Shown in pieces: positions 41,591-54,525 of a DNA stretch of 64,000 nt. Location of the stretch: positions 85,371,517-85,435,516 of the forward strand of contig NC_068983.1 in the NCBI RefSeq assembly GCF_001194135.2, written 5' to 3'. The stretch's first letter is position 1. Every line of letters starts with the position of its first letter. The position numbers were made by a program, and so were the translations under genes. Origin of the DNA: Octopus bimaculoides (taxonomy: Eukaryota). A model generated the notes under the pieces. That model saw nothing but the letters and a program-made list of their open reading frames with translations, was not told where the DNA came from and did no database searches.

Positions 41591-41810
41591 CCCTTTAGCA
41601 TCTAAACTAATCATATCCAGCCCAGATATTTTACCAGTTTTATGTTAAACCTAGCCTGATCCAGCATCTCACACCTACCCTACAATACTGTTCTAAAAAT
41701 AAACAATCACATCATCAAAATTACAAAGCTACAAAATAATGCATGGTCAATTCAAAACAATGTGAATAAATAAGTGTTACATTTGACGCAGTAATCTAAA
41801 CGATAAAGGA
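41591..41810 (+). mobile_element. piggyBac-type MITE family D
   Basis: CCCTTTAGCATC...GATAAAGGA|TTAA; body matches 57178-57398. Confidence 0.75.
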
Positions 41811-42149
41811 TTAAGCCAGAAATGTGGTTATAACAGTCAGGCCTTAATACCATTGACAGCATAAGGCATAGAGAGAAGTGGTTCCAAGCAGAAAGAAAAC
41901 TGACTCTCAGTCTGGCTTCATCTTATTATAGAGCATTTTCAATGTTTAATGAGAATGATAAAGAAAGAAAAAAAAATAATAAAGAAAATTAATTTATTTT
42001 AAATTCTAGATATAGTATGTTTGATTTCTTCCAAAATCCAAGCAGTAAATGGTGTTTGCTTTGAGAATTCATTAGAAGAATCGCTGTATGGTTTACCTCA
42101 AACAGAATAATATAATTTAATTTTCCATGTGTACAAAATGAACATCTAA

Positions 42150-42566
42150 TTTGGCAGAATCATTAGAGCATTAGACAAAATGCTTTGCAGTTAGCTTTGG
42201 CACTTTATACTCTGAGCTAAAATCCTGCCAACTCAGCCTTTCAACTTCACAGGGTCGATAACTTAAGTACCAGTCAAGTAGGGAGTTCATTTTCACTACT
42301 AACCCCACACACAAACTTGTGGCCTTGTTAGCAATAATTATAATTATTATTGAAGTGGTGAGCTGGCAGAATTGTTAGCATACTGGACAAAATGCTTCGT
42401 GGCATTTTGTCTGTCTTTAGGTTCTGAATTCAAATTCTGCCAAGGTCAACTTTGCTTTTCATCATTTCAGGGGTTAATAAAATAAGTACCAGTCAAACAC
42501 TGGGGTTAATGTAATCAACTGTCTCCCTCCCTACAAATTTCAGGAATTGTGTCTATAGTAAAAAGG

Positions 42567-42599
<33 letters not shown>

Positions 42600-43141
42600 T
42601 AGCACGCCAGGCATAATGCTTGGCAGTATTTTGCCTGTCTTCATGCTCTGAGTCCAAGTTCTGTCTTTGTGCTCTGAGTCCAAGTTCCTTCAAGGTTGAC
42701 TTTGCCTTTCATCCCTTCGGGATTAATAAAATGCGTACCAGTTGAGTGCTGGAGTTAATGAAATCAGCTATTCCCCACCTCAAAAATTTCAGGCTTTGTG
42801 CCTATAGTAGAAAGCATTTTTTTAAAAATTTTGTTAGACTTATTTACATGCAAAACCCTTACAACAACATACTCACACACATACAATCTTTGTTGTGTCC
42901 TGTACTGTCCATAATGTTATTCTTATTGCAAATCCTTGTGGTTAATAAAGAAATCATTATTATCATTATTATTAAGGTGGCAAGCTGGCAGAATTCTTAA
43001 CACATTCAAATTCCACCAAGGTCAACTTATCCTTTCTGAGTTGATAAAATAAGTACCAGTTGAGTACCGGGGTCAATGTATTTGACTCATCCCCAAAACT
43101 GCTGGCCTTCTGCCAAATTCTGAAACTACTACTACTACTAC

Positions 43142-43216
<75 letters not shown>

Positions 43217-43425
43217 GGCAGTGAGCTGGCAGACTTGTTAGCACGCTGGACTAAATGCTTAGCAGTATTTTGCCCATCACTACATTCTGAGTTCACATTC
43301 CGCCAAAGTCAACTTTGCCTTTTATCCTTTCAGGGTCAATAAATTAAGTACCAGTTGAGTACTGGGGTCAATGTAATTGATTACCCCCGTCCCACTGAGT
43401 TCAGACCTTGTGACTATAGTAGAAA
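42150..43425 (+). mobile_element. Head-to-tail array of five SINE family B copies with (ATT)n spacers
   Basis: Heads near 42150, 42355, 42600, 42975 and 43215, each followed by the ..CTTTCATC..GGGTC.AT..AAGTACCAG core; (ATT)n at 42568-42600 and 43140-43213. Confidence 0.85.
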
Positions 43426-43804
43426 GGATTATTTATCATCATCATCATCATTATTAATACAAATGGCTCCTTCACAATATTCACTTTTGATGAGGTTTGT
43501 ATTGAATATGTATTTATTGATTAAAACACATATTTCTTTAATAAAAATAACATCATCCTCAATAGATCCCTATCCCAACCTCCATATTCTCCCAATATGA
43601 AGACTGTTATGTAGTCCATTCACTTTCTTGTATTTGTATAAACTTATTTTTTCACCTGTTACTACACATTCCAATATGGGGGAGAAATGTAGAAAGAAAA
43701 AATAAAGCCAGAGCAGCATGAAACTAAATTAATAGAAGCCAACCGTGTACTAGAGAGGAAATTGGACATGTATGACAGATTATGTATTTAGAATATATCC
43801 AGAT

Positions 43805-44418
43805 AATCATCATCATTGTTTAATGTCTGTTTTCCATGCTAGCATGGGTTGGACAATTTGACTGAGGACTGGTGAACCAGATGGCTACACCAGGCTCCAA
43901 TCTGATTTGGTAGAGTTTCTACAGCTGGATGCCCTTCCTAACGCCAACCACTCCGAGAGTGTAGTGGGTGCTTTTACGTGCCACCGGCACGAAGGTCAGT
44001 CAGGCGATACTGGCAACGGCCACGCTCGAAATGGTGTATTTTACGTGCCACCTGCACAGGAGCCAGTCCAGCGGTACTGGCAACGAATTCGCTTGAATGT
44101 CTTCTCATGTGTCACTGGCACAAGTGCCAGGAAGGCGACGCTGGTTACGATCACGCTCAAATGGTGCTATTTATGTGTCACCGGCACAGAAGCCAAACAG
44201 CTGCTCTGGCAACGATCATGCTCGAACGGTGCTGTTAGCACTCCACTGGTACAGGTGCCATCACGATTTCGCTTTCGCTTGCCCCAACAGGTCTTCGCAA
44301 GCCAAGTTTAGTGTTCAATGAAAGAGACGTTGGCATGGGTGCCAGTCATCAAATTAAGTTTGATTTCGATTTCACTTGCCTCAACAGGTCTTCGCAAGCA
44401 GAGTTTAGTATCCAATGA
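43805..44418 (-). mobile_element. Long family C element with internal about 65-bp modules
   Basis: Family C tail at 43805-44000, four CTGGCAACG..CACGCTC..ATGGTG..GTG.CAC.GGCAC modules (44010-44250) and a duplicated about 55-bp block (44266-44320, 44362-44418). Confidence 0.8.
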
Positions 44419-45254
44419 TATTTTAGGAATTTAGAAAATTCACAAGAAATAACAAACAAATAAAAATAGACACACTAATTTGGCAACCCTTGAATTTAGG
44501 ACATTATTTTTTACTTTGGTCATTCTTCATCTAAATCATTTTGTTCGACATTCTACAAAGAGTTTATAATTTTTTCTGGAGTCAAATCTGCAACCAACTT
44601 CTTTGTCATAGGCTTGAAATACTTTGTATTACTTTTCATTTTTTGTTTGTGGTTATACACACATCTCACTGGACTTTTTACCAATGTTGTGTGATTTTTA
44701 AGCAGCTTTTCTTCTCTCACAGGACTCATACTTTTTCTCTCACTTCTGCTGTTTTTTTTAGTTTTTAATTGTGTTTGGTAACTTTTGAATAATTTTTCTT
44801 CTTTTTACTTTTCTCTCATATGACACACATCATCTTTCTGTCTCTTGCTTATTTGAGTTCAAACTTCCCTTTCTTGTGTAAAAACACCTCACACTCATAC
44901 CCCTCCACACACTTCTACCACACCCTCCACATTCCTCTTGCTTTTCCACTGCCTCACATCCGTATCCATTCCCAAGTCCTCGCATCCACACTTTCCTCAA
45001 GCACACTTAACAATTGCACACACTAACATCTCACACACCTAATAACCTACACCACCCAACTTCCACACACATAAACACATCCCCCAAAATAAAACACACA
45101 CATCCGTCCCCCATATGCCCAGCTCCAAAACCAGGAACACTCCAATACTTGCGCATACACACTCGACGCCTCCCACCTTTTAACTGCTCTCCCACCTGAC
45201 TCCTAACTGTTTATCCATTGTTTATTTTTATTTTTTCTCTTCCTCACTTTCATC

Positions 45255-45570
45255 ATCATTATCGTTTAACGTCTGCTTTCCATGCTAGCATGGGTTGGTT
45301 GATTTGACTGAGGACTGGTGGACCAGGTGGCTACACCAGGCTCCAACCACTCTGAGAGTACAGTGGGTGCTTTTACGTGCCACCGGCACGAAGGCCAGTC
45401 AGGCGGTACTGGCAATGGCCACGCTCGAAATGGTGTATTTTACATGCCACCTGCACAGGAGCCATGATCTGGCAATGATCTCACTGGCAATGATCTCACT
45501 TGAATGTGTTTTCATGTGCCACCGACACAAGTGCCAAATGGTGCTATTTACGTGCCACCGGCACGGAAGC
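45255..45570 (-). mobile_element. Family C element with internal modules
   Basis: Colinear with 43805-44190, with an internal deletion. Confidence 0.8.
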
Positions 45571-47164
45571 CACTTTCCTTATACTTATCTATTGGAGTAA
45601 CATGAAATAAAGGGTCTTGCTCAAAAACACAACACACAACCTGGTCTGGGAATTGAACTCACTACCTAATGATTGTGAGCCTGATGCTCTAACCACTGAG
45701 CTATGCACCTCCACTGTTATTCAATATCCAAAAATATTAAATATTAAAACTGTGACAATGTAGAGAAACACTAAATCACTACATGACAAGACAAAAAATA
45801 ACAGCAGGTTTGAATTCAAATGTAGAAATTAAGATAAAACCCACAATACACTATCTACACAAGCATTTCACTTCTATTGATATAAGGACAGCATTGAGTT
45901 ATTATCCTGCAATGTTCTCTGTTTTTAAAAGAGGAAGAAAATGTTTAAATAAGACAAAAAGAGTTTACATTTTTCATGTATCATATCTGTCTTTATAAAG
46001 AATTAGTTAGTTCAAGAAGATATTTGAAAAATCTAAAAGTACATAACTAGATAGTCATAAGCTTGTCTTCCACTTGTCTTATATCCAGATTTCCATGCTA
46101 GGATGGAATTGATTTTAGAAATTCAGACGCCATACTCCAACTTGATGAACCTCCAACTGCTAATTACTAAACCATGAAGTACAGGTAAAATCAGTTGATT
46201 TGCACAGTGAATTTGAACCATTTACCATGTGCTTAGTAGTCTTGCACATCAAACTTGTGGCTGTCATGACAGCAAAAGTTTATAGTTTTTCCATTAAATA
46301 AGAAATGAGAAATAAAAGGCCTCCTTACCTTACAAGTTCCATTATACTTTTTAATTTTTTTTAATTCCTGTTTATCTTTTTTAGAGGAGCTTGAGTTTTG
46401 TGCACTACGATTCTGGAAGAGATAAAAATTGAAAACATTAATATTTTCAAAAGATATTCAAGGAAAATTATTAATTCCAAAGCATGCATGCACACACACA
46501 CACACACACACACACAACTTCAAACTCAATAGTAACACAGGCAACTGAAAATAGATTAATTAATAATACATCACTGTTTAGAACATCTACCTAACTTTCA
46601 TAGATCCACCAAACTGAGATATTGTCTTCTGCATCCTATCATCATTATCACTTTTGTTTGACCTCCATTTTCCAAGCTGACATGGGAAAAATGATTTGAC
46701 AGGAGCCAATGCACCAGAGAACTGCAATAAGCTCCAGTCTGCATTGGCATGGTTTCTATGGCTGGAAGCCCTTCCTAATACCAACCACTTCACTAGTATT
46801 TCTGAGATCACCAAGTAATTTGCAAAACAAAAGACTCAACTGAGGAGAGTATGGTACTGAGGTGGCTTTATATCAGGTAATAAGAGGTAAAGTATGACAG
46901 AGTGACAGAAACAGCAAAGGAGATAAATGGCTACCCTAGTTGGAAAAGGAGAGAAAATAGTAGTGAAGATGTATCCCCCAACGCTACATGAAGGTGAATA
47001 TAAGAGGATTCAGAAGATTGGACAGAGTGAATGGGTTATATAGGAATTGGAGTAGGTGGTGTTTTACTACAACCGTCTCACCATGATGCTGATCATTAAT
47101 TGCAGGTGAGACATGATTCTAGCTGAATCATAAGAATCAAGTACCATGTAAAATGCATTCATGT

Positions 47165-47355
47165 CAGTGCTGCATAAATGCACTTGTGCCAGTGGCATGT
47201 AAAAACCATCCAGCATACTCTATAAAGTGGTTGGCATTAGGAAGGGCATCCAGTCATAGAAACCATGCCACAACAGACAATTGGAGTCTGGACAGCTCCT
47301 GTCAAACCATCCAACTTCATCAGCATGAAAAACAGATGTTAAACCATGATGATGA
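47165..47355 (+). mobile_element. Family C fragment
   Basis: GCCAGTGGCATGTAAAAA...AGGAAGGGCATCCAG...GATGTTAAACCATGATGATG. Confidence 0.7.
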
Positions 47356-48854
47356 GTGGAGTCAACAGATGTTAGAGAAGAGAAGAGAGCATCATCTAGC
47401 TGGTTTAGTTCTATTTTTTTAGCATTTGAGGAAATGTAGATACAGTTGGTGCAAAATGAGGTTATGATAATCCACAGTTGGGGTTATCATGATCTCTGAT
47501 CCAAATGCTTGCAACAGAAGCAACTCCAATGATGGCTGGGGTGTTACAGTATATAGCTTAACATGTCAGAAACCAACACCCACCCCTGCAGTGACCACCT
47601 ATTCTATACTCATATTGTATCAGATAAATGGCAACCTAGAGTTAACGTGTACACACAGGCATACAAATATACATGTGCATTTTTATAGACCTGTACAGTT
47701 TTATAAAGTAGATATAGAAACACGCATACCTATGTTTGTGAGAGAAAGAGAGAGAGAGTACCAAAAATGTGAAACTTCACTCAACAACAGATATATATTG
47801 GTATCCCTGTTTGTTTTTTTTTGTCCAATAGGTTTGATTTTTCCATGTGCATTAATGTGTGCGTGTATGTGTGTGCGCGCACATGCACACACACACACAC
47901 ACACATACCCACCAAACTTTCATTAAAAAAAAGAGAATCTTCACAAAAAACACTAATAAACTACACACTGGTAAGCACCACCACATAAACTACCAAGTGT
48001 TTTTAGAATACTGCTGCATATGTTCTGTGATGAACTTTGGTTAATACTCAGACAACGATTTGTTGATATTGTCTACATTTTCGTTCATTCTTTTTTTTTT
48101 GTTCATTCTTTCTTTCTTTTTTCTTTTCCTTCCACTAATTTCTGTCACTTCATGTATTGGCAACACTAACATCAGTAATAAAAAAAAAGATAACAAAAGA
48201 AGAACAAGTGCTGTGACGAGACATCAAACAGGATAATGAAGAGACAATAGAGAAGAAGGAAAGGTGAACAAGTAATCAATGCCTGGAAAGTCATTAAATT
48301 AATCTATAAATAGATTCATTAGATATAAAAAAAAGTTGAAAAGTTGACAAAAATAAATATAGAAAGATAGTTGTTATTATTACTGCTGTTTTCTGGGAAC
48401 CTTGATTACATCTGCATAACCAAACATAAGAGCAGAGAGGTGACTAAATTTAAAGCTAAGGAGGAGAAAACAACAGACAGCCTCAATGTATGTAGAAGCA
48501 TGCTGCTTACATCAATATCTGAAGGGTACAGGTAATGGCTAGTTTTAGGTGGAAGTGAGATGCATCCAACATAAGCAAGCAAATGAGAGTACAAAAAAGT
48601 TTTCAATGAAAATGTTGAGGTAAAAATCAACTTTATCAAATCACAATTCACAACTATAAATAACCACAAGCCATTCAACATTATTTGCTGTGTCAACTAG
48701 CTTTCAAAAAGCAAATCGCTGTCATGAATTTTATGAATCTGTTGCTTCCCATATGAATGAACCATTCAGAATTTAACTTCATCAAACATGTTCAAGCACC
48801 TAAGAAAATACCACTCCTACTTGCGGCAATGATTTTACTTGGATTTTTATTTAA

Positions 48855-49065
48855 CCTTTAAGCATTCAGATTACTGTCAAATGTGATGCTTATTTATTCA
48901 CATTATTTTGAATGAATTATGTAATATCTCATAGCTTTGAGATTTTGAATATGTGATTTTGATCATGTCATTGTAGGGTAGTTGTAAGAGGCTACATCTA
49001 ACAAGTTTGAACATAAAACAAGCAGAATATTTGGGCTAGATATGGCCAGTTTAAATGCAAAAAAG
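48855..49065 (-). mobile_element. piggyBac-type MITE family D, decayed right end
   Basis: TTAA|CCTTTAAGCATTCAGATTAC...GATATGGCCAGTTTAAATGC. Confidence 0.7.
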
Positions 49066-49279
49066 ATAAGCATAAATACTAAAATCCTAAAGGAAATCAA
49101 TAGCTAAATATGAAAGTTTTAATTATATTTCACTTCTATTGCACCAGAAAATAAGCTGGAGGAAAATTTTTCAGAAACAAATAAATTGAAACAGCTTTCC
49201 TGATTTTAAATGCTTTAATATCTTCTTCACTCTGTCCACTTCTCCTTCAGGAAATTTCTCTCTTTTTCTATCTCTCATG

Positions 49280-49313
<34 letters not shown>

Positions 49314-49790
49314 NNNNNNNNNNNNNNNNNNNNNNNNNNNNNNNNNNNNNNNNNNNNNNNNNNNNNNNNNNNNNNNNNNNNNNNNNNNNNNNNNNNNNNN
49401 NNNNNNNNNNNNNNNNNNNNNNNNNNNNNNNNNNNNNNNNNNNNNNNNNNNNNNNNNNNNNNNNNNNNNNNNNNNNNNNNNNNNNNNNNNNNNNNNNNNN
49501 NNNNNNNNNNNNNNNNNNNNNNNNNNNNNNNNNNNNNNNNNNNNNNNNNNNNNNNNNNNNNNNNNNNNNNNNNNNNNNNNNNNNNNNNNNNNNNNNNNNN
49601 NNNNNNNNNNNNNNATATATATCTAATATAATATATAATTTTCCGCCCCAACATCCGAAACTCAGTCTTATTATGGCAACCAAATAATTGTCACATATTA
49701 TATTGCAGATAAATTCCTCTATTTACATAATATCGAGGTTTCTTTCATTCTTTTGTTGTTTTACCATTACTATTAATATATATATATATA

Positions 49791-50253
49791 GCTTTTTGCA
49801 GCTAAGGTGTCTACAACTCCTATTTCTAGAAATGATGATACTCACTGCACCCTTGTCACTCTTAGTGATGGTGAATTATTTCCTTGTTGGTTTTAAATTG
49901 CTGCTAGCCACCTTAATTATTTTATAATTTTCACATTGCCATTTTGTAAAATCAGTCATTGATTCCAATAGCATTCTCCGTAATTTTGACAGGAGTGAGT
50001 TGGCCTCTACCAGCTGTGATGGCGTGAGCATTACTGATGAGTATTAATTTCCTATACAAAATTAGCATGCTAATCCAATGCATCTCGTTCATAGTGGGAA
50101 GGGTTTTCTCCCGTGTCAATACAAAGAGACCATATGCCTTTTGTAGCTAAGGAGCCTACGACTCCTATTTCTAGCAATGCTCACTACACCCTTGTCACTC
50201 TTAGTGACGGCGAATTATTTCCTTGTTGGTTATAAATTGCTGCAAGCCATCTT
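49791..50253 (+). mobile_element. Retrozyme-like unit: 345-bp period, about 1.35 copies, between (TA)n tracts
   Basis: Direct repeats 49791-49914 and 50136-50253 (offset 345; one 6-nt indel, a few substitutions) flank a hammerhead fold; no ORF. Confidence 0.65.
50028..50081 (+). ncRNA. Type I hammerhead motif with G12A lesion
   Basis: GCAUUA-CUGAUGA-GUAU(9-nt loop)AUAC-AAAA-UUAGCAUGCUAA-UC/CAAUGC. Stem II GUAU/AUAC, palindromic stem III, stem I 5 of 6; GAAA reads AAAA at a CpG position. Confidence 0.65.
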
Positions 50254-50262
50254 GGTTATTAT

Positions 50263-50334
<72 letters not shown>

Positions 50335-51859
50335 TCACACACACTACAAAAAACTCATGTAATTTGTGCAGGTGATTTTCAGGATGAAAATTGTTAAAGT
50401 TTCTGCTCATGTAAAATTCACACCCAAAAGTTTTATGAATTGCCAATATGGCCAGGGGGGTAAAGATTTTCAATTTAGTTGTATTTAGCATAATGTCTCT
50501 CACTTACGATTAGATTTTATTAAATTTTCATTAGATAAAAATAATTTCTGTTTAACAGGTATCACATAAAAAGCTCTTAAATTACAAAGTATTTGTGTTG
50601 TTTATAATAAACTTTATTTTACATTTTTTGCCCACAAGTGATTATGTCTTCTCAAATCACGATCACAGGTATAAAGTTGTTAAGAATTATCAACAAAAAC
50701 AAAGCTGATAAATACACAAAAGTGTTGCAAATTAAGGTTAATTACCAATAAACATCAGCTTGGATGACACTTTACTCAACCAAGTAAAATATGTAAAATA
50801 TGGCCCGGACTGTGATTACCAGCATGAATGTCAGACTTCAAAAAGTAGTTAACCATTTAATGGTTTTAGTAAATTGATACAGAAAAAGTAAGCATTATAC
50901 CGTCCAGCATAAATAAAAGTCAACTTCATTATATTTAAGCCCTTATTTTTTCTGCAAAACTTATTCTGACATTAAATGAATCAACTTCCAGTATGAATGT
51001 TTACATTTTGTATGTCTTCTTTCAACAAAAAAAAATTTCTAAAAAATTTTTGGCAATGATCTACTCATGAAATTTACGCATCCCTAAAGTTTATTTTTAT
51101 TTTTGTGAGATATATATATGTGTGAGACTGCATTAGGTCCCCTAATACACCATGCTGTGCTGCCAGCCATTACTTTTTCTCATCTAAACTACTTCTATTG
51201 CCACTCCTCACATACTTTTGCATTTCTCTCATAATCTGATTCTACCTTCATCCCACTTGTTATTGCCCATCACTCCTTATTCAACCTCTACATATTGCGG
51301 CCAGCCTCCCATCATACTTTTGTTCCTTCCTTACCCCAATCTGCTTTTTCTAATGTCATTTTCCTCTCTCTTCTCTCTAATTCCCTCTCAGTCACCTGTG
51401 CAAATGCATTTGCTCTTACATACTGAGCACTCTCTATATCTACATTTACTCCCCTATCCCTACCTTTCTGATACCCACTTCTGGCTTTTCTATCATCTCT
51501 GTTCCCTCTTTAAATTTACATTTACTGTGAACATGGCTCCAATTGTTCACTTATAAACTGGTTAGCTAACTGAGTAGAGGAAGTGTAAGGTAATGAGCCC
51601 CCTCTAATCCTCCATCACCAAGGCCTACTCACACTTTCCAGAGTTGGCACCACAAGAAAATGTACTCAGTACATTCTGTACAGTGGTTGGTGTACAGTGG
51701 AAGGCATCCAGACATAGAAACTAACCCAAATGACATATGGGCACCTAGTCTCTGGGAACAGTAGCCTTCAATGAGGCAACTCAGACATGGAAGACATGTC
51801 TTCATCTTTCACATTTTATTTGTTGCAGTGATTAGGCTGAGACACTCCAAGGAAAATGT

Positions 51860-52186
51860 TTTAATCGAATTAATCAACCCCAGTTGTGTTTATAAGTCTG
51901 GTACATATTCTATCAATCTCTTTTAATGAACCACTAAGTTACAAGGACATAAACACATCAACACTGGTTGTCAAGCAGTCGTGGGGGACACATAAACACG
52001 CACTCAGATATATATATATATATATATATATACAGCAGGCTTCATTCAGTTTCCATCTGCCAAATCCACTCACAAGGCTTTGGTTAGCCTGTGGCTGTAG
52101 AAGACACACATGGTGCCACAGTGAGATTGAGCCCAGAACCATGTGGTTGGGAAACAAGCTTCTTACCACGGAGCCACTCCTGTGCC
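51860..52186 (-). mobile_element. SINE family A
   Basis: Reverse complement of head and core, with internal (TA)n. Confidence 0.85.
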
Positions 52187-52249
52187 ATGTAAATAATAAT
52201 TATTATAACTAAGTTTAAATGCATGTGCTTAACTTCTGTTGCAATTTTC

Positions 52250-52781
52250 TATTTAAAAACCTATTTTGAAAACAATGAAAAATTTACTAAAATAATTTTG
52301 TCTTTGTTAAACTGGTGTTTAGAACAGATAAACAAGAAATTTTGAAGGAAGATTTTGATAATTTAACCCTTTAGAATTTAAACCAGCCATATCCAGCCAA
52401 ATATTCTACCTGTTTTAAATTTAAACTGGTCAGATCTCGTACCTATCCACCAATATCATTCTAAAAGTAAACAATCACATCTTTGAAATCTGTAAGCTAC
52501 AAGATAATACATGATTAATTATATTTAAATGTGAATAGATAAGCATTATATTTAACAAAATACACTCTCGGAGTGGTTGGGGTTAGGGTTAGGAAGGGCT
52601 GCCAGCTGTAGAAATCATGCCAAATCAGATTGGAACTTGATGCATCTCCCCAGCTTTCAGTCAAACCGTCCAATCCAAGCCAGACATATGATGATGATGA
52701 TGATGTTAAAGGGTTAAAAAGGGAAATGTATATCATAGAACCAGAAGGTGGTCTCAGGCAGGTTGTTATCAAAAGGTTTAA
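52250..52781. mobile_element. Triple nest: MITE E (minus) containing MITE D (52367-52714, plus) containing a family C fragment (about 52560-52706)
   Basis: TTAA at 52363-52366 and 52715-52718 brackets D; removing D restores an E-like sequence ending TCAAAAGGTTTAA. Confidence 0.7.
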
Positions 52782-52854
52782 TAAGTATATTTTGCTGTGC
52801 AAATAGATACATGGTTAAATCACAGGGTGTTCTCTGCAGAACAAAGTGAAAGGC

Positions 52855-52896
<42 letters not shown>

Positions 52897-53574
52897 ATGC
52901 GCGCACGTGTACACATGAGTGTGTGAGAGAGAGAGCTTATAACTACTTATAAAACAATGCAATGGGTAACAAGCACAGATTTTACTCATTTGCATACCAG
53001 GACATTCATGTGTTAAAACATTGAGACAAACAGGTGAATGGGTAAATGTAAATAATTTACATGCATATAATTCAACAAACAAACATACATTCGACATTGT
53101 TGCGTAAACAGACATTGCGGTTACACCATGTAGCTCGACAAGGAACCAAAGAACAATTCAACTCATTACACCAGGTCATTACAAACTCATCAAGCAGGTT
53201 TACTTGTTTCTTCAACAATTTAATACACAAATGTACTTTAATTAATCAATATGTGACTCCAACAAGTGTACTGATATACAAATGAGTAAAAATAGCACCT
53301 GTTATTTATCTTAGCTTTCCTAAATAACTAAACTACACACTCTCTTTCTCTATCTCTCTCTTTTTCCCTATCTCTCTCTCTCTTTCTTTCTCTATATCTT
53401 TCTCTCTCTAAACAAAGCAAGACAAGGTGAAACTGGTCACGTTGTTCTTGTTCTTGTACAGCACACAGACCCTGTGATTTAAATACAGGATCTATTGGCA
53501 CAGCAAGAGGCAAAAGTGTACAAAGCATATGATTACACACACACACATACACAACCTCAGTAGGTTAACTGACA

Positions 53575-53735
53575 AAAAAAAATGCCTATTTATTCACATT
53601 GCTTTGAATTAGCCATGCATTACCTTGTAGCTTTGAGATTTCAATGATGTGATTGCTTATTTTTAGAATGACATTGTAGGACAGGCATAAGAGACCAGAT
53701 ACAGCCAGTTAGAACATAAAACAAGCAGAATATTT
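53575..53735 (-). mobile_element. MITE family D, internal fragment
   Basis: TTTATTCACATTG.TTTGAATTA..CATGCATTA.CTTGTAGCTTTGAGATTTC shared with other D copies. Confidence 0.7.
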
Positions 53736-54465
53736 ATATGAAATAATAGTTTCACTTGTGCTGCATACTACAAAAAAAGATATAAGTATACAGTATGTTA
53801 AGTCTACCACAAGTTCATTTCTGCTCCCAGCTGAAACCAAATAATTTCACTTATACTATTCAGAAACATTCAAAAGTATCAATATTAATTCTACATCATT
53901 CCACAGGTTGGCATCAATCAGATACATTTGAAAATGTATACATTGATTCTTTTTCAAATCATGCTGTGATTCCCAATTTCATAATAGGTGCACTGCATCC
54001 TTATGCATCGTACAAAGCAACTAAAAGAGTTGGCACCAGCAAGGGTATCCAGCTATAAAACACTACCTTAAAACAAAAAATCTAGTGTGGAATGGTAAAC
54101 ATAAAATCCTGATGATGATAATGATTTTATTTTTGGAATGAGTACTTTAATAGCTGAACAATTTTCCAGTTCTAGAAATGCTTAGTAAAGCAAAACCCAC
54201 CTCTCTGACAAATTCCACTCTCTAGCTCATCATCTTACTTCAGTTTTACTTTCTATCGAATCCAGGAATGAGCAGCCTTTTTTTTTTGAAAAGGGGGCCA
54301 CAAGAGGCATGGTGCATCATCAGGTGAGCTACACTACTAAAAAAAAATTATAAGGAATTTTTCATTAGGCATGCTATATAGAAAGTTTTGTGGACCACAG
54401 TTTGCCCATGAGTCCTCTGTTACATATAGTAAGCAGAGCTCTTCTGAAATCACTAATCCTTACTA

Positions 54466-54480
54466 ATGCGTTGGCAAGAA

Positions 54481-54525
<45 letters not shown>

